DNA from: an uncultured Streptococcus sp.
Lineage (GTDB): Bacteria; Bacillota; Bacilli; Lactobacillales; Aerococcaceae
NCBI GenBank assembly: GCA_963551375.1
Contig: CAUVGI010000001.1
Location: 5,902-69,901, forward strand
Reading direction: 5' to 3'
Length of the DNA stretch: 64,000 nucleotides
Numbering within the stretch: position 1 is the stretch's first letter; each line of letters opens with the position of its first letter. This document shows positions 10,304 through 19,414 of the stretch, piece by piece. The notes under the pieces were generated by a model that was given only the letters and a program-made list of their open reading frames with translations, ran no database searches and was not told where the DNA came from. A program made the translations under genes and the position numbers.

Positions 10304-11065
10304 TTAGTATGCCCATGCAATTAGCAAGTAGATGAAGGTTGAACCAAACATATCTGCCAATGCGTGCATAAGGAAGAATGGCAATAAGTTTTTGACCACT
10401 TTCTTGTACATGAAGTAGTAAAACAATCCATACACGACACCAATAATGAGTGCCCAAAGCATGCCTTGGTAAGTATGGAATGAGAAACGAACAAGAGTTG
10501 AAAAAGCTAAAGCCTTCCACTGATGCTCTTCCTTCACCGATGTCATTAATCCAAGGAAGAAGAACTCTTCGTAAAATCCATTTAATAGCCCATAAGCGAT
10601 GGCCATTGGAGATAACGCTAAGAACTTATTGATGATTTCCTGTGGGTTCATGAACGGAACGAGCGCTGGGTCGAAGTAATTGTATTCGCCACTCAGCGTT
10701 GTTACAACGTCGCCAAAGAGTCCGACAATCGTGAATAATAACGGTACCCAGATGAGTACGGACCAGTGAAAACGAATCTTCAACTGCTTGAAGTCGTAAT
10801 GACGGATGACTAAGTACAAGAGTGCAATCGCTAGTAATATCACCTGTAAGGTAAAGTTACTCGAATACGCTGCCCCTTCGCTATAGGACGTTGTCGTCTC
10901 CGTATACTGTGGGGCCACCTCCGTTACTGGTTGTAAACTCTGTAGAAATTGTTGTGTGGATCGGATGATAAACTCCCCGAACATGATAATTGTCACGATG
11001 AGGATGTCATACCACTTTAAAGTTTTTAATGGTTCTTTCGGTCTGATTTTAGTTAAAACTGTCAT
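10304..11065 (-). CDS. Polytopic membrane protein, divergent CPBP (CAAX/Abi) family
   Basis: 253 aa. YEEFFFLG, FSFHTYQG and MHALADM occupy the positions of CPBP motifs 1-3, but motif 1 lacks the usual Arg. Confidence 0.6.
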   Translation of the reverse strand: MTVLTKIRPKEPLKTLKWYDILIVTIIMFGEFIIRSTQQFLQSLQPVTEVAPQYTETTTSYSEGAAYSSNFTLQVILLAIALLYLVIRHYDFKQLKIRFHWSVLIWVPLLFTIVGLFGDVVTTLSGEYNYFDPALVPFMNPQEIINKFLALSPMAIAYGLLNGFYEEFFFLGLMTSVKEEHQWKALAFSTLVRFSFHTYQGMLWALIIGVVYGLFYYFMYKKVVKNLLPFFLMHALADMFGSTFIYLLIAWAY

Positions 11066-11201
11066 GATTGTATCCCTCTTTTCCTTATTGTATCAAAACA
11101 CTGTTCTATTGAAAGAAAATCGCTTCTTTCTTTGGGCGTCTTCCTTAATAAGAGAGTACTCCTTAAAACTAAAATGAACCTAAAATCAAAAAAGATTTCT
11201 A

Positions 11202-11233
11202 CAAAAAAAGTGACTCCTTTAACAGAAGTCACT
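11202..11233 (-). terminator. Terminator of the 11244-11951 gene
   Basis: Stem AGTGACTCC/GAAGTCACT followed by a U-run on the minus strand. Confidence 0.7.
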
Positions 11234-11243
11234 GTCTAATTTT

Positions 11244-11951
11244 CTAAAAGAAGCGTCTTGGTATTTCGATGAACAAGATTACAAGAAGTCCATTAAGAAG
11301 GCTATGTAATAGGATTGCGTCAAACAAACTTCTTCTTCGTTCATAAATAAGAAAAAGAACAATAGAGCCAATAAGATAAGCTATAAACTGTATCCAATTA
11401 TGAATATATGGCATATGAACAACTGTAAATAAAATTGAAACGATAGACATTCTAACAAAAGCATTCACCTTTCCTCGGAGCAAATTATTCAGAAAACCTC
11501 TAAAAAGAAATTCTTCAATCAAAGGTGCAATACAAACGAGTTCTAGTGCCTCTAAAGCAAAAACAAATTTGTCTGCCGTTATTGTTCGAGTTGCCTTAAA
11601 GAAAAAATCAACTAGTTTTGTTCGATCTGTCCCATACGCCATTGAACTCCACAAACTATAAATCAAATAATCTGAAAATCTAACAGCAATATACGTTAAA
11701 AAAACAAAAATTAAATCCTTCAGTTGAATTTTTCTTTTTACTTTTGGCTTAAACAATTTTGTGTGTACATGGTACATAAAAATGAACAAAATACCAACGC
11801 AAACAATCGTAACTATGAACTTCCACATATTCGCTTGCCGATCTAGATTCAACAAATTCTTGCGGAACATAAATTTAATTCCACCTGATATGACAATATT
11901 CGCTACAAAAAAGAATAGAACCCAAAGCGTTTTTTTCATTCGAGCACCCAT
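11244..11951 (-). CDS. CPBP-family intramembrane glutamic endopeptidase (Abi/CAAX protease-like)
   Basis: IEEFLFRGF, FTVVHMPY and LLHSLLNG are the canonical CPBP motifs. The gene is visibly AT-rich. Confidence 0.8.
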   Translation of the reverse strand: MGARMKKTLWVLFFFVANIVISGGIKFMFRKNLLNLDRQANMWKFIVTIVCVGILFIFMYHVHTKLFKPKVKRKIQLKDLIFVFLTYIAVRFSDYLIYSLWSSMAYGTDRTKLVDFFFKATRTITADKFVFALEALELVCIAPLIEEFLFRGFLNNLLRGKVNAFVRMSIVSILFTVVHMPYIHNWIQFIAYLIGSIVLFLIYERRRSLFDAILLHSLLNGLLVILFIEIPRRFF

Positions 11952-12020
11952 TTACTTCTACCTCACATGATTTTTCCTTATATTACCGTTTTATAGTAGA
12001 CACTGTCAATATGAAATTCT

Positions 12021-12054
12021 AAAGAAAAAGCAGACTAGCGTTTCTCTAGTCTGC
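12021..12054 (-). terminator. Terminator of cshA
   Basis: Stem GCAGACTAG/CTAGTCTGC followed by a U-run on the minus strand. Confidence 0.85.
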
Positions 12055-12062
12055 TTCATTCA

Positions 12063-13592
12063 TTATTTTTGACGGATAGTAAATCCTTTGTCAGATTTCT
12101 TTTTGTTGTTACGGCGGCGAGAATCTTTCCCTTTATATCCGCGTGTATATTCGTCTTCTAAGCCACGGCCACGACGGTCTTCTTTACGCTTGACGCTTCC
12201 TTTTCCGTTACGTCCGCGGTTGTCTTTACGGTCGTTACGGTTGTAGTTTCCACGGCTGTTACCACGTTTGCGGCTTGGCAATGGACGTTCTGGCGTGATT
12301 TTAACTGGAATTTCAGTTGGGTCTTTAATCATGCTCTTAAGTAATAGACCTGCCAATTCTTCTGGTTCGTACTCGTCTAATAAGTAAGATACCGCTTCTT
12401 TGAAACGTCTTGGTTCCACAGTTTTCATCATTTCGTCGATAGACTCGATGGCTGTTTTTGTTTGTCCTTCCAAGGCTTCTGTTTGCGTTGGTGGACGAAG
12501 GCTTGTCATACGTTTGCGTGTTAATTCTTCAATCACACGTAAGTAATCCATTTCGTTTGGTGTCACGAATGTTACAGACATTCCTTCTTGCCCCGCACGG
12601 CCTGTACGTCCGATACGGTGTACGTAGCTTTCTGGATCTTGTGGGATATCGTAGTTATACACGTGTGTGACGCCTGAGATATCTAGTCCACGTGCTGCCA
12701 CGTCTGTAGCGACTAAGATGTCTAAATGGTTGTTCTTGAAGTCACGAAGAACACTCATACGTTTTTGTTGGCTTAAGTCACCGTGGATTCCTTCTGCACG
12801 GTAGCCACGCATTTCAAGTCCGCGTGCTAATTCGTCTACACGGCGTTTTGTACGTCCGAATACGATGGTTAATTCAGGCGTTTGAACGTCTAATAAACGT
12901 GTCATAATGTCGAATTTCTCGTAGTCTTTACATTTTACGAAATATTGATCAATCAATGTCGCTGTCATCTCATTTGATTTGATACGAACATGTTCTGGAT
13001 CTTTCATAAATTGAACACCGATACGTTTAATATCGTCGGGCATTGTCGCAGAGAATAAAAGCGTTTGGCGGTTTTCTGGAACTTGTTTGATAATCGATTC
13101 GATATCTTCCAAGAATCCCATGTTTAACATTTCATCCGCTTCGTCTAAGACAAGTGTTTCCACTGTCGCAAGCTTCAATGTACGGCGTGAAATGTGGTCT
13201 AACAGGCGACCTGGAGTTCCCACAACGATTTGTGGATTTTCTTTTAATTGGCGGATTTGACGGTTAATGTCCGCTCCACCGTAAACCGCTTGTACACGAA
13301 CTTTTTTGTCGCGTCCGAGACGGAACAACTCTTCTTGTGTTTGAATCGCAAGTTCACGAGTTGGTGCGATAACAAGTCCTTGTACGCCTTTTTTACTTGG
13401 GTCGATTTTTTGAAGCATTGGCAAACCAAATGAAGCTGTTTTACCAGTCCCTGTTTGCGCTTGTCCAATCACATCTAAACCTGCTAGCGCTTTTGGAATG
13501 GTTTGTGCTTGAATTGGAGTTGCTTCTTCAAACCCCATTTTTTCGATAGATTCTAGTAAGGCAGAATCCAATCCTAATTCATTAAATTTCAT
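12063..13592 (-). CDS. cshA: DEAD-box RNA helicase CshA-like
   Basis: Q-motif, [25 protein letters not shown] and a basic R/K/G-rich tail. Start moved to ATG 13592 behind AAGGAGG. Confidence 0.92.
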   Translation of the reverse strand: MKFNELGLDSALLESIEKMGFEEATPIQAQTIPKALAGLDVIGQAQTGTGKTASFGLPMLQKIDPSKKGVQGLVIAPTRELAIQTQEELFRLGRDKKVRVQAVYGGADINRQIRQLKENPQIVVGTPGRLLDHISRRTLKLATVETLVLDEADEMLNMGFLEDIESIIKQVPENRQTLLFSATMPDDIKRIGVQFMKDPEHVRIKSNEMTATLIDQYFVKCKDYEKFDIMTRLLDVQTPELTIVFGRTKRRVDELARGLEMRGYRAEGIHGDLSQQKRMSVLRDFKNNHLDILVATDVAARGLDISGVTHVYNYDIPQDPESYVHRIGRTGRAGQEGMSVTFVTPNEMDYLRVIEELTRKRMTSLRPPTQTEALEGQTKTAIESIDEMMKTVEPRRFKEAVSYLLDEYEPEELAGLLLKSMIKDPTEIPVKITPERPLPSRKRGNSRGNYNRNDRKDNRGRNGKGSVKRKEDRRGRGLEDEYTRGYKGKDSRRRNNKKKSDKGFTIRQK

Positions 13593-13844
13593 ATTTTCCT
13601 CCTTGGATACTTCGGTGAGAAGCACACGAGGGATTTCCCTTCATAACAAAAGTCTGGAGCTTTTCGTAAGAGCACCAGACTTCTACAATCGTTTAAATTT
13701 CAAACTATCTATTATAAATGTGTGTACATTTCTCAACTCAACGAATACTATAGCATGCATCCAGCGAGAATGCAAAGAATACAGACCGCCGACTCCTGCT
13801 TTTTATACTTTGAAAATCCTTTTATGACAAGTTTTTGACTGAGT

Positions 13845-14034
13845 GCTGATTCCTTAAAATCCTTGCGGATTTTTTATAATGGCTGTAATGGGGCAACGGC
13901 TTGAGCCATGGTCTCAAGCTCTTTCAAGATTCAAACGTACTCTAGAAAATAAATTTTCAAGAGTACGTAATTCACTTTGAATGCTATCCCCCATTACTGC
14001 CATTATAAAATCCGCTAGATTCTTCGGAATCAGC
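13845..14034 (+). repeat. Hairpin repeat copy B (subfamily I)
   Basis: Outer arms GCTGATTCC/GGAATCAGC. P1 is ATAATGGCTGTAATGGGG paired with CCCCATTACTGCCATTAT. The core is near-identical to copy F. Confidence 0.95.
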
Positions 14035-14154
14035 GCCAATTAACTTGGAATAGCAGTTTCAAAATAAAAATCGGGAGGAGGCGGGTGGGTTTGCTTCTCG
14101 TGGTGCGGTTGAGAAATGGGACACTTTATAATAGCTAGTTCTCAGGGAGGGGAC

Positions 14155-14188
14155 GAAAAAAGCGAGGGACGTTGGTGCGTCTCTCGCT
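14155..14188 (-). terminator. Terminator of murF
   Basis: Stem AGCGAGGGAC/GTCTCTCGCT followed by a U-run on the minus strand. Confidence 0.8.
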
Positions 14189-14202
14189 TTGCTTTACATT
14201 TA

Positions 14203-15588
14203 TTATTCTGCTTTTAGGGCATCGACAACTGCTAGTAAGCCTGTGCCATTGCTTGATTTGATAAGGACTTGGTCGCCTTCTTTGAGTTCAGCCTTCAAGT
14301 CAGCAATCAAAGCTTCTTTATCCATGTAATAGTGAAGAGTTGTTGAATCGAACTGGCCTTTCAACCCATCATAGAGTGCTTCCATTTCTTCGCCGTACAG
14401 GTACACAAGTGCGACTTCGCTTGGAGAAATGACTTCAGAGATGCTGGCGTGCAATTCTTTCGAATGTTCTCCTAGTTCGCGGATATCCCCAAGAACGAGG
14501 ACGCGACGGCCTGCTGCTTCAACAGAAACGAATGATTGAATCACCGATTTCATCGCGATTGGGCTAGCGTTGTATGCATCATTTAGGATAGCTACTCCGT
14601 TTTGTCCTTTCACCCATTGCGTACGGTTCTTCGTCAATTCGAAGTTTGCTAAGGCGGACACGATATCTGAAAGTGGAACGTCTAATGTGCGTGCAATTTC
14701 AATCGCAAGTAGTGCATTTGAAACATTGTACGCGCCAAGGACTGGTAATGTTACCGCCACTGTTTCTGATGGCGTCACTAATTCAAACGCGGTGTGGTCT
14801 GAATAAAGTTCGATGTTCTTAGCTGATAGTTCCTTGCTTCCTTCACCGACTGTAACGATTTTGAAGGCTGCTGGTTTTTCAGCTTGCGCAATGCCTGCTG
14901 TAATTAACTCTTCATGTGCTGGATAAATAAAGGTTCCATTTTCTTGTAGTCCAGAAAGGATTTCAAGTTTGGCTTTGGCAATGCCTTCCTTGCTTCCCAG
15001 TTGTTCCATATGCGATTCACCGATGAGCGTAATCGCAACAACTTCTGGGCGTGCTAATTTTGATAAGAATTCGATTTCGTGGAAATCACTCATTCCCATC
15101 TCTAAGACAAGTGCTTCAGTTGATTCGGGCATATCTAAAATCGTTTGTGGTAAGCCGATATCGTTATTGAAGTTCCCTTGTGTTTTGTAGACACGGTAGC
15201 GTGCGCCAAGAGCGGCTGCTGTCATATCTTTTGTCGTTGTTTTTCCAGAACTACCTGTGATTCCAACGATGCGTGGGGATACTTTTCCTAAATACCATTT
15301 CGCTAATTTTTGAAAAGCTTGAAGTGGGTCGTCCACCCAAATGGCACAGATTCCATCTGGTGGCGTTACATCTTGTTTGCCCCATAACACGGCTGTTGCG
15401 CCTGCTTGAATCGCTTGTTCAATATAATCATGTCCGTCTGTTTGCCCTTGAAGTGGCACGAAAAGGCTGTTTGGCCCTAATTTTCGTGTGTCGAAGGCCA
15501 CAGATTCGATAACTTCAAATCGATGTGCTGACTGATAATCAATCGCTTCGACGGCTTTTGTAATTTCAGCAACTGTTCCAATACTCAT
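14203..15588 (-). CDS. murF: UDP-MurNAc-tripeptide--D-alanyl-D-alanine ligase
   Basis: 461 aa, Mur-ligase P-loop GITGSSGKTTTKD, directly downstream of ddl. Confidence 0.93.
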   Translation of the reverse strand: MSIGTVAEITKAVEAIDYQSAHRFEVIESVAFDTRKLGPNSLFVPLQGQTDGHDYIEQAIQAGATAVLWGKQDVTPPDGICAIWVDDPLQAFQKLAKWYLGKVSPRIVGITGSSGKTTTKDMTAAALGARYRVYKTQGNFNNDIGLPQTILDMPESTEALVLEMGMSDFHEIEFLSKLARPEVVAITLIGESHMEQLGSKEGIAKAKLEILSGLQENGTFIYPAHEELITAGIAQAEKPAAFKIVTVGEGSKELSAKNIELYSDHTAFELVTPSETVAVTLPVLGAYNVSNALLAIEIARTLDVPLSDIVSALANFELTKNRTQWVKGQNGVAILNDAYNASPIAMKSVIQSFVSVEAAGRRVLVLGDIRELGEHSKELHASISEVISPSEVALVYLYGEEMEALYDGLKGQFDSTTLHYYMDKEALIADLKAELKEGDQVLIKSSNGTGLLAVVDALKAE

Positions 15589-15599
15589 CTTTCTACCCC

Positions 15600-16673
15600 T
15601 TATCTCGCGTGACGATCGTTATAGCGTTTCAACGCTAATTGAATGAGTTCTTCGACTAAATCTTTATAGGAAATGCCCATTGCTTCCCAAAGTTTTGGAT
15701 ACATACTAAATTGTGTGAACCCTGGCATTGTATTCACTTCGTTGATAAACACTTCGTTTGTTTCGGTTAAGAAGAAATCACAACGTGTTAAGCCACTACC
15801 GTCAATGGCACGAAATGCTGTTACAGCATACTCACGAATTTTAGCAGAGACTTCTTCTGGAATCGCTGCTGGAATTTGAAGTGTTGTTGTATTGTTAATG
15901 TATTTCTCGTTGTAATCGTAGAAACCTGCTTGTTTCACGACTTCCCCAACCACAGATGTGTTCACTTCGTCGTTTCCAAGAACCGCTACTTCGACTTCGC
16001 GTGCGTCGATTCCTTGCTCTACGACGATACGACGGTCATATTTCAATGCTTCTTCGATGGCTGCTGTTAATTCTTCGCGGTTTGTCGCTTTAGAAATCCC
16101 AACACTAGAACCCATATTCGCTGGTTTCACGAAGACTGGATAGCGTAATGTTCCTTCCACACGTGTGAAGATGGCTTCTGGTGATTTTTCGAAATCTGCT
16201 TTCACAAAAGGTACGAATGGCACTTGTGGAATGCCTGCTTGCTGGAATAAATGCTTGCTGGCAATTTTGTCCATTCCGTTTGCGCTGGCTAATACGCCAC
16301 AACCAACATATGGTAAGTCTAGGATCTCGAACAATCCTTGAATCGTTCCGTCTTCTCCGTTTGGTCCGTGTAAGATTGGGAATACTACTGTATCTGGTCC
16401 AGCGATATCGCATGGTTGGATGCGAACCCCTGTTGAAGTTTCGACTTCTGTCGTTGCAAAATGCGCTACAGTTCCTTCTGTTAAACGAAGCGCTTGGTCA
16501 AAAGCTACAGGAGCTTTTAACGCTTCTCCTTTTAACCATGTTCCTTCTTTTGTAATGTACACTGGTTGCACATCGTAATACTCGAAATAAATTTCTTTAA
16601 TAATTGAACCGGCTGTTAAGATTGAAATATCGTGCTCTGCACTCTTTCCGCCGTAAATCACTACAATTTTCAT
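15600..16673 (-). CDS. ddl: D-alanine--D-alanine ligase
   Basis: 357 aa, ATP-grasp fold. Begins MKIVVIYGGKSAEHDIS and contains ..EVNTMPGFT. Confidence 0.95.
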   Translation of the reverse strand: MKIVVIYGGKSAEHDISILTAGSIIKEIYFEYYDVQPVYITKEGTWLKGEALKAPVAFDQALRLTEGTVAHFATTEVETSTGVRIQPCDIAGPDTVVFPILHGPNGEDGTIQGLFEILDLPYVGCGVLASANGMDKIASKHLFQQAGIPQVPFVPFVKADFEKSPEAIFTRVEGTLRYPVFVKPANMGSSVGISKATNREELTAAIEEALKYDRRIVVEQGIDAREVEVAVLGNDEVNTSVVGEVVKQAGFYDYNEKYINNTTTLQIPAAIPEEVSAKIREYAVTAFRAIDGSGLTRCDFFLTETNEVFINEVNTMPGFTQFSMYPKLWEAMGISYKDLVEELIQLALKRYNDRHAR

Positions 16674-16803
16674 ATGAATCCTCCAAACTATTCGCGTGCT
16701 GCGAACCGCCTCATTTAGGCTCTTCGAACGTTATTTTGAAAATAACCTTGCACTTTTCAGTATAACAAAACGGCCCAATGGTTACAAGTTACGGCCAAGG
16801 GAT

Positions 16804-16839
16804 TAAAAAAGCACCTTTCACAACCGCTGTGAAAAGTGC
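16804..16839 (-). terminator. Terminator of the 16841-17608 gene
   Basis: Stem GCACCTTTCACA/TGTGAAAAGTGC followed by a U-run on the minus strand. Confidence 0.8.
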
Positions 16840-16840
16840 T

Positions 16841-17608
16841 TTAAATAGCGTCATTCGTTGGAAGTTTCGCTGAAACTTTCCAGTTTTGATACGTTTCGCT
16901 ATACGCGAGTTGTCCGATGCGGACGTTTTGTGTCACTTCTTTATCGGAATAATGATAACGGTCCTCCGTTAAGAAGATTGGTACTTCGTAGCTGTCTTCT
17001 TTCTTTGTGACTTTATCAAAAGCAAGACTGATTCCTTCACGATACAATGGCATCATTTCTTTGAGCGCTTCGATGGAAATCGCTGAAGCCACTTTGTCAG
17101 AACCAAAGAATAAGAACTTCGGTGTCTCGTTCAAGATATCTGTCATCTCGATTTGTACTTGCGCCGATAAGATTGGCAAGAATTGCTCAATTTTACGGTA
17201 GTACACTTTCGAGTAGCCATTCTCAAGTGACAAGTAAATAAAGTTATTTTGTAATTTATAGAAGAACGGCGAATGCAAGTGCGTCTTCGCATGCGAAATA
17301 TACAGCAAGTCTGCAATTTCTTGCGGCGTTAATTGATGAACGAAATCAATCGAATCAAAGTCCACCCAGTTCGATGGCGCCTCTTTGCCTTCTTCCACCC
17401 CTTGGAGATACGCTAACACATTTTTACGCCCCTTCACCCACATGAAGCCCGTATAAGGATCGTGTGTGGCAAGGCTTGACTTCCCGTTTAAGAGAAGAAG
17501 GTTTTGCGGAATCTCAGACTGTGGTAAGGCAGACAAACGAAACGAAATCGACTTCGTTAATACATGGTTCGATACGCTATCGTAATGGATATACAATTGT
17601 TTAGCCAC
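16841..17608 (-). CDS. Hypothetical cytoplasmic protein, no recognisable family
   Basis: Long ORF with its own terminator. The likely start is GTG 17608, 6 nt after GGAGGTGAG; the ORF-track start is 17641. Confidence 0.6.
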   Translation of the reverse strand: MAKQLYIHYDSVSNHVLTKSISFRLSALPQSEIPQNLLLLNGKSSLATHDPYTGFMWVKGRKNVLAYLQGVEEGKEAPSNWVDFDSIDFVHQLTPQEIADLLYISHAKTHLHSPFFYKLQNNFIYLSLENGYSKVYYRKIEQFLPILSAQVQIEMTDILNETPKFLFFGSDKVASAISIEALKEMMPLYREGISLAFDKVTKKEDSYEVPIFLTEDRYHYSDKEVTQNVRIGQLAYSETYQNWKVSAKLPTNDAI

Positions 17609-17748
17609 AGTCTCACCTCCATAGAGTTTATCATGTTCCATTATATAGGATTTCTTTCTACTAAAACATATATATTAGATTACATTTTTACGTGTGAACC
17701 GTTTTCTTTTGTAACAATTTAGCAACATTCTAATCTAGTTCTCAGAAA

Positions 17749-17777
17749 ACAAAAAAGACTGAGGAAATCCTCAGTCT
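17749..17777 (-). terminator. Terminator of lemA-htpX
   Basis: Stem GACTGAGG/CCTCAGTC followed by a U-run on the minus strand. Confidence 0.85.
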
Positions 17778-17781
17778 CAGG

Positions 17782-18675
17782 TTACATTTTTTCTAATCGT
17801 TTAATACGATTGGCCGTTGATGGGTGCGTTGAGAAGAGCGAATCTCCTTCTTCCCCAAACGGATTTGAGATATATAACGCCGCACTCTTCTTGTCGGCTT
17901 CCGTCATTGGCGGAGCTTCTGAAATCTTTTGAAGCGCAGAGATGAGTCCATATGGATTTCGTGTGAATTCCACTGCTGACGCATCTGCTAAATACTCACG
18001 ATTTCGTGACAAGGCCAATTGCAGGATAGTTGACATAAATGGTCCAAGAATCATCGCGATTAAACCGATGACCATGAAGATGGCATTTGCGCCACCACCG
18101 TTGTCATCATCATCTCGGTCTCTACTACCGCCACCCCAGAACATCATGCGACTTCCGAATTGGACGAGCATGGCAATCACGGCACCAAGCGCAATCGCAA
18201 TCGTTTGAAGGCGAACGTCATAGTTACGAATGTGTCCAAACTCGTGGGCAATTACCCCTTCAAGTTCTTCACGATTCAACCGTTCTAATAACCCTGTTGT
18301 AACCGCCACGGCTGCATTTTCTGGAGAACTTCCTGTCGCAAATGCGTTTGGAGATTCGTCTTCGATAATGAAGATACGTGGCATTGGCACTTTTGCGATC
18401 ATCGCCATATCAGTGACGATATTCCAAATCATCGGTGCTTGGTTTTTATCTGTAATTTCTTTGGCATGGTTTAATTGCATCACTACATTAGTCGCATTTG
18501 CAATCATCATCATTGAATATAACCCACCTGCAACAAGGGCGATAATGATCCCAGCAGTCGCATTCCCTAAGGCGTAATATCCAATTCCGATACCCACTGC
18601 AACGAAGAGCGCCATATACAACACAATAACGACAAGCGTTTTGCGTTTGTTGGAAGCAATTTGTTGGTATAACAT
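17782..18675 (-). CDS. htpX: Membrane zinc metalloprotease HtpX (M48)
   Basis: HEFGH zinc motif, four TM segments and a Gly/Asp-rich loop. Confidence 0.92.
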   Translation of the reverse strand: MLYQQIASNKRKTLVVIVLYMALFVAVGIGIGYYALGNATAGIIIALVAGGLYSMMMIANATNVVMQLNHAKEITDKNQAPMIWNIVTDMAMIAKVPMPRIFIIEDESPNAFATGSSPENAAVAVTTGLLERLNREELEGVIAHEFGHIRNYDVRLQTIAIALGAVIAMLVQFGSRMMFWGGGSRDRDDDDNGGGANAIFMVIGLIAMILGPFMSTILQLALSRNREYLADASAVEFTRNPYGLISALQKISEAPPMTEADKKSAALYISNPFGEEGDSLFSTHPSTANRIKRLEKM

Positions 18676-18708
18676 CCTAGCACTCCCTCCCTACTAATGA
18701 ATTGTCAA

Positions 18709-19269
18709 TTAAAATTTCACTTCAGGAACTTTACGAGCTTCAACTGGAGTTTCTAACATTTCTTCTTTAGTGAATCCACCAAAACCAGCAATAATGTTTG
18801 TTGGAATTGATTGAATAGAGATGTTATATCTCGCAACACTTGAATTGTATAATTGACGAGCGTAAGAGATTTTGTTCTCTGTGTTTGTCAATTCTTCTTG
18901 TAAGTTTAAGAAGCTGTCGTTCGCTTTTAAATCAGGATAGCTTTCAGCTAAAGCGAAAATAGTTTTTAAAGCACCTGATAATTGGTTAGATGCTTCCATT
19001 TTTTCTTGTGGTGAAACATCGCTACCCATGTTTGCAATTTGGTTTCTCATCGCAATTACTTGAGTTAATGTTTCTTGTTCGTGTTTTGCGTAACCTTTTA
19101 CTGTTTCAACAAGGTTTGGTACTAAATCGTTACGACGTTGTAATTGAACATCGATTTGCGCCCAAGCTTCGTGAACCCAGTTTTTTTGTTGTACGAGTCC
19201 GTTGTATGCAAACATTGCCCATAGAACAATTACAGCTAGAACTCCTAAAATAATCCATACTACTGTCAT
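18709..19269 (-). CDS. lemA: LemA family membrane protein
   Basis: N-terminal TM segment plus the LemA pattern (NGLV..Q.DVQLQRRNDL.PNLV). Start moved to ATG 19269. It lies 33 nt upstream of htpX. Confidence 0.9.
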   Translation of the reverse strand: MTVVWIILGVLAVIVLWAMFAYNGLVQQKNWVHEAWAQIDVQLQRRNDLVPNLVETVKGYAKHEQETLTQVIAMRNQIANMGSDVSPQEKMEASNQLSGALKTIFALAESYPDLKANDSFLNLQEELTNTENKISYARQLYNSSVARYNISIQSIPTNIIAGFGGFTKEEMLETPVEARKVPEVKF

Positions 19270-19414
19270 TTGGTGACACTCTCCTTTAGATTTAATACCC
19301 TCATTGTACCATATTTTCCTAAATGTGTGTAAAATAGTTGGTAAAGATAGAGTAGCAAACCCTAAAAATTTCTGCATCCATCCTAAGACGGATTTTGCAG
19401 TAGAAAGGAGCCCC

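Noticed and set aside
14083-14138. Short ORFs (15-30 codons) that follow the GGAGG-rich tracts next to repeat copies A, B and E.
   Set aside because: Start codon type, spacing from the SD-like run and peptide sequence are not conserved among the three loci.
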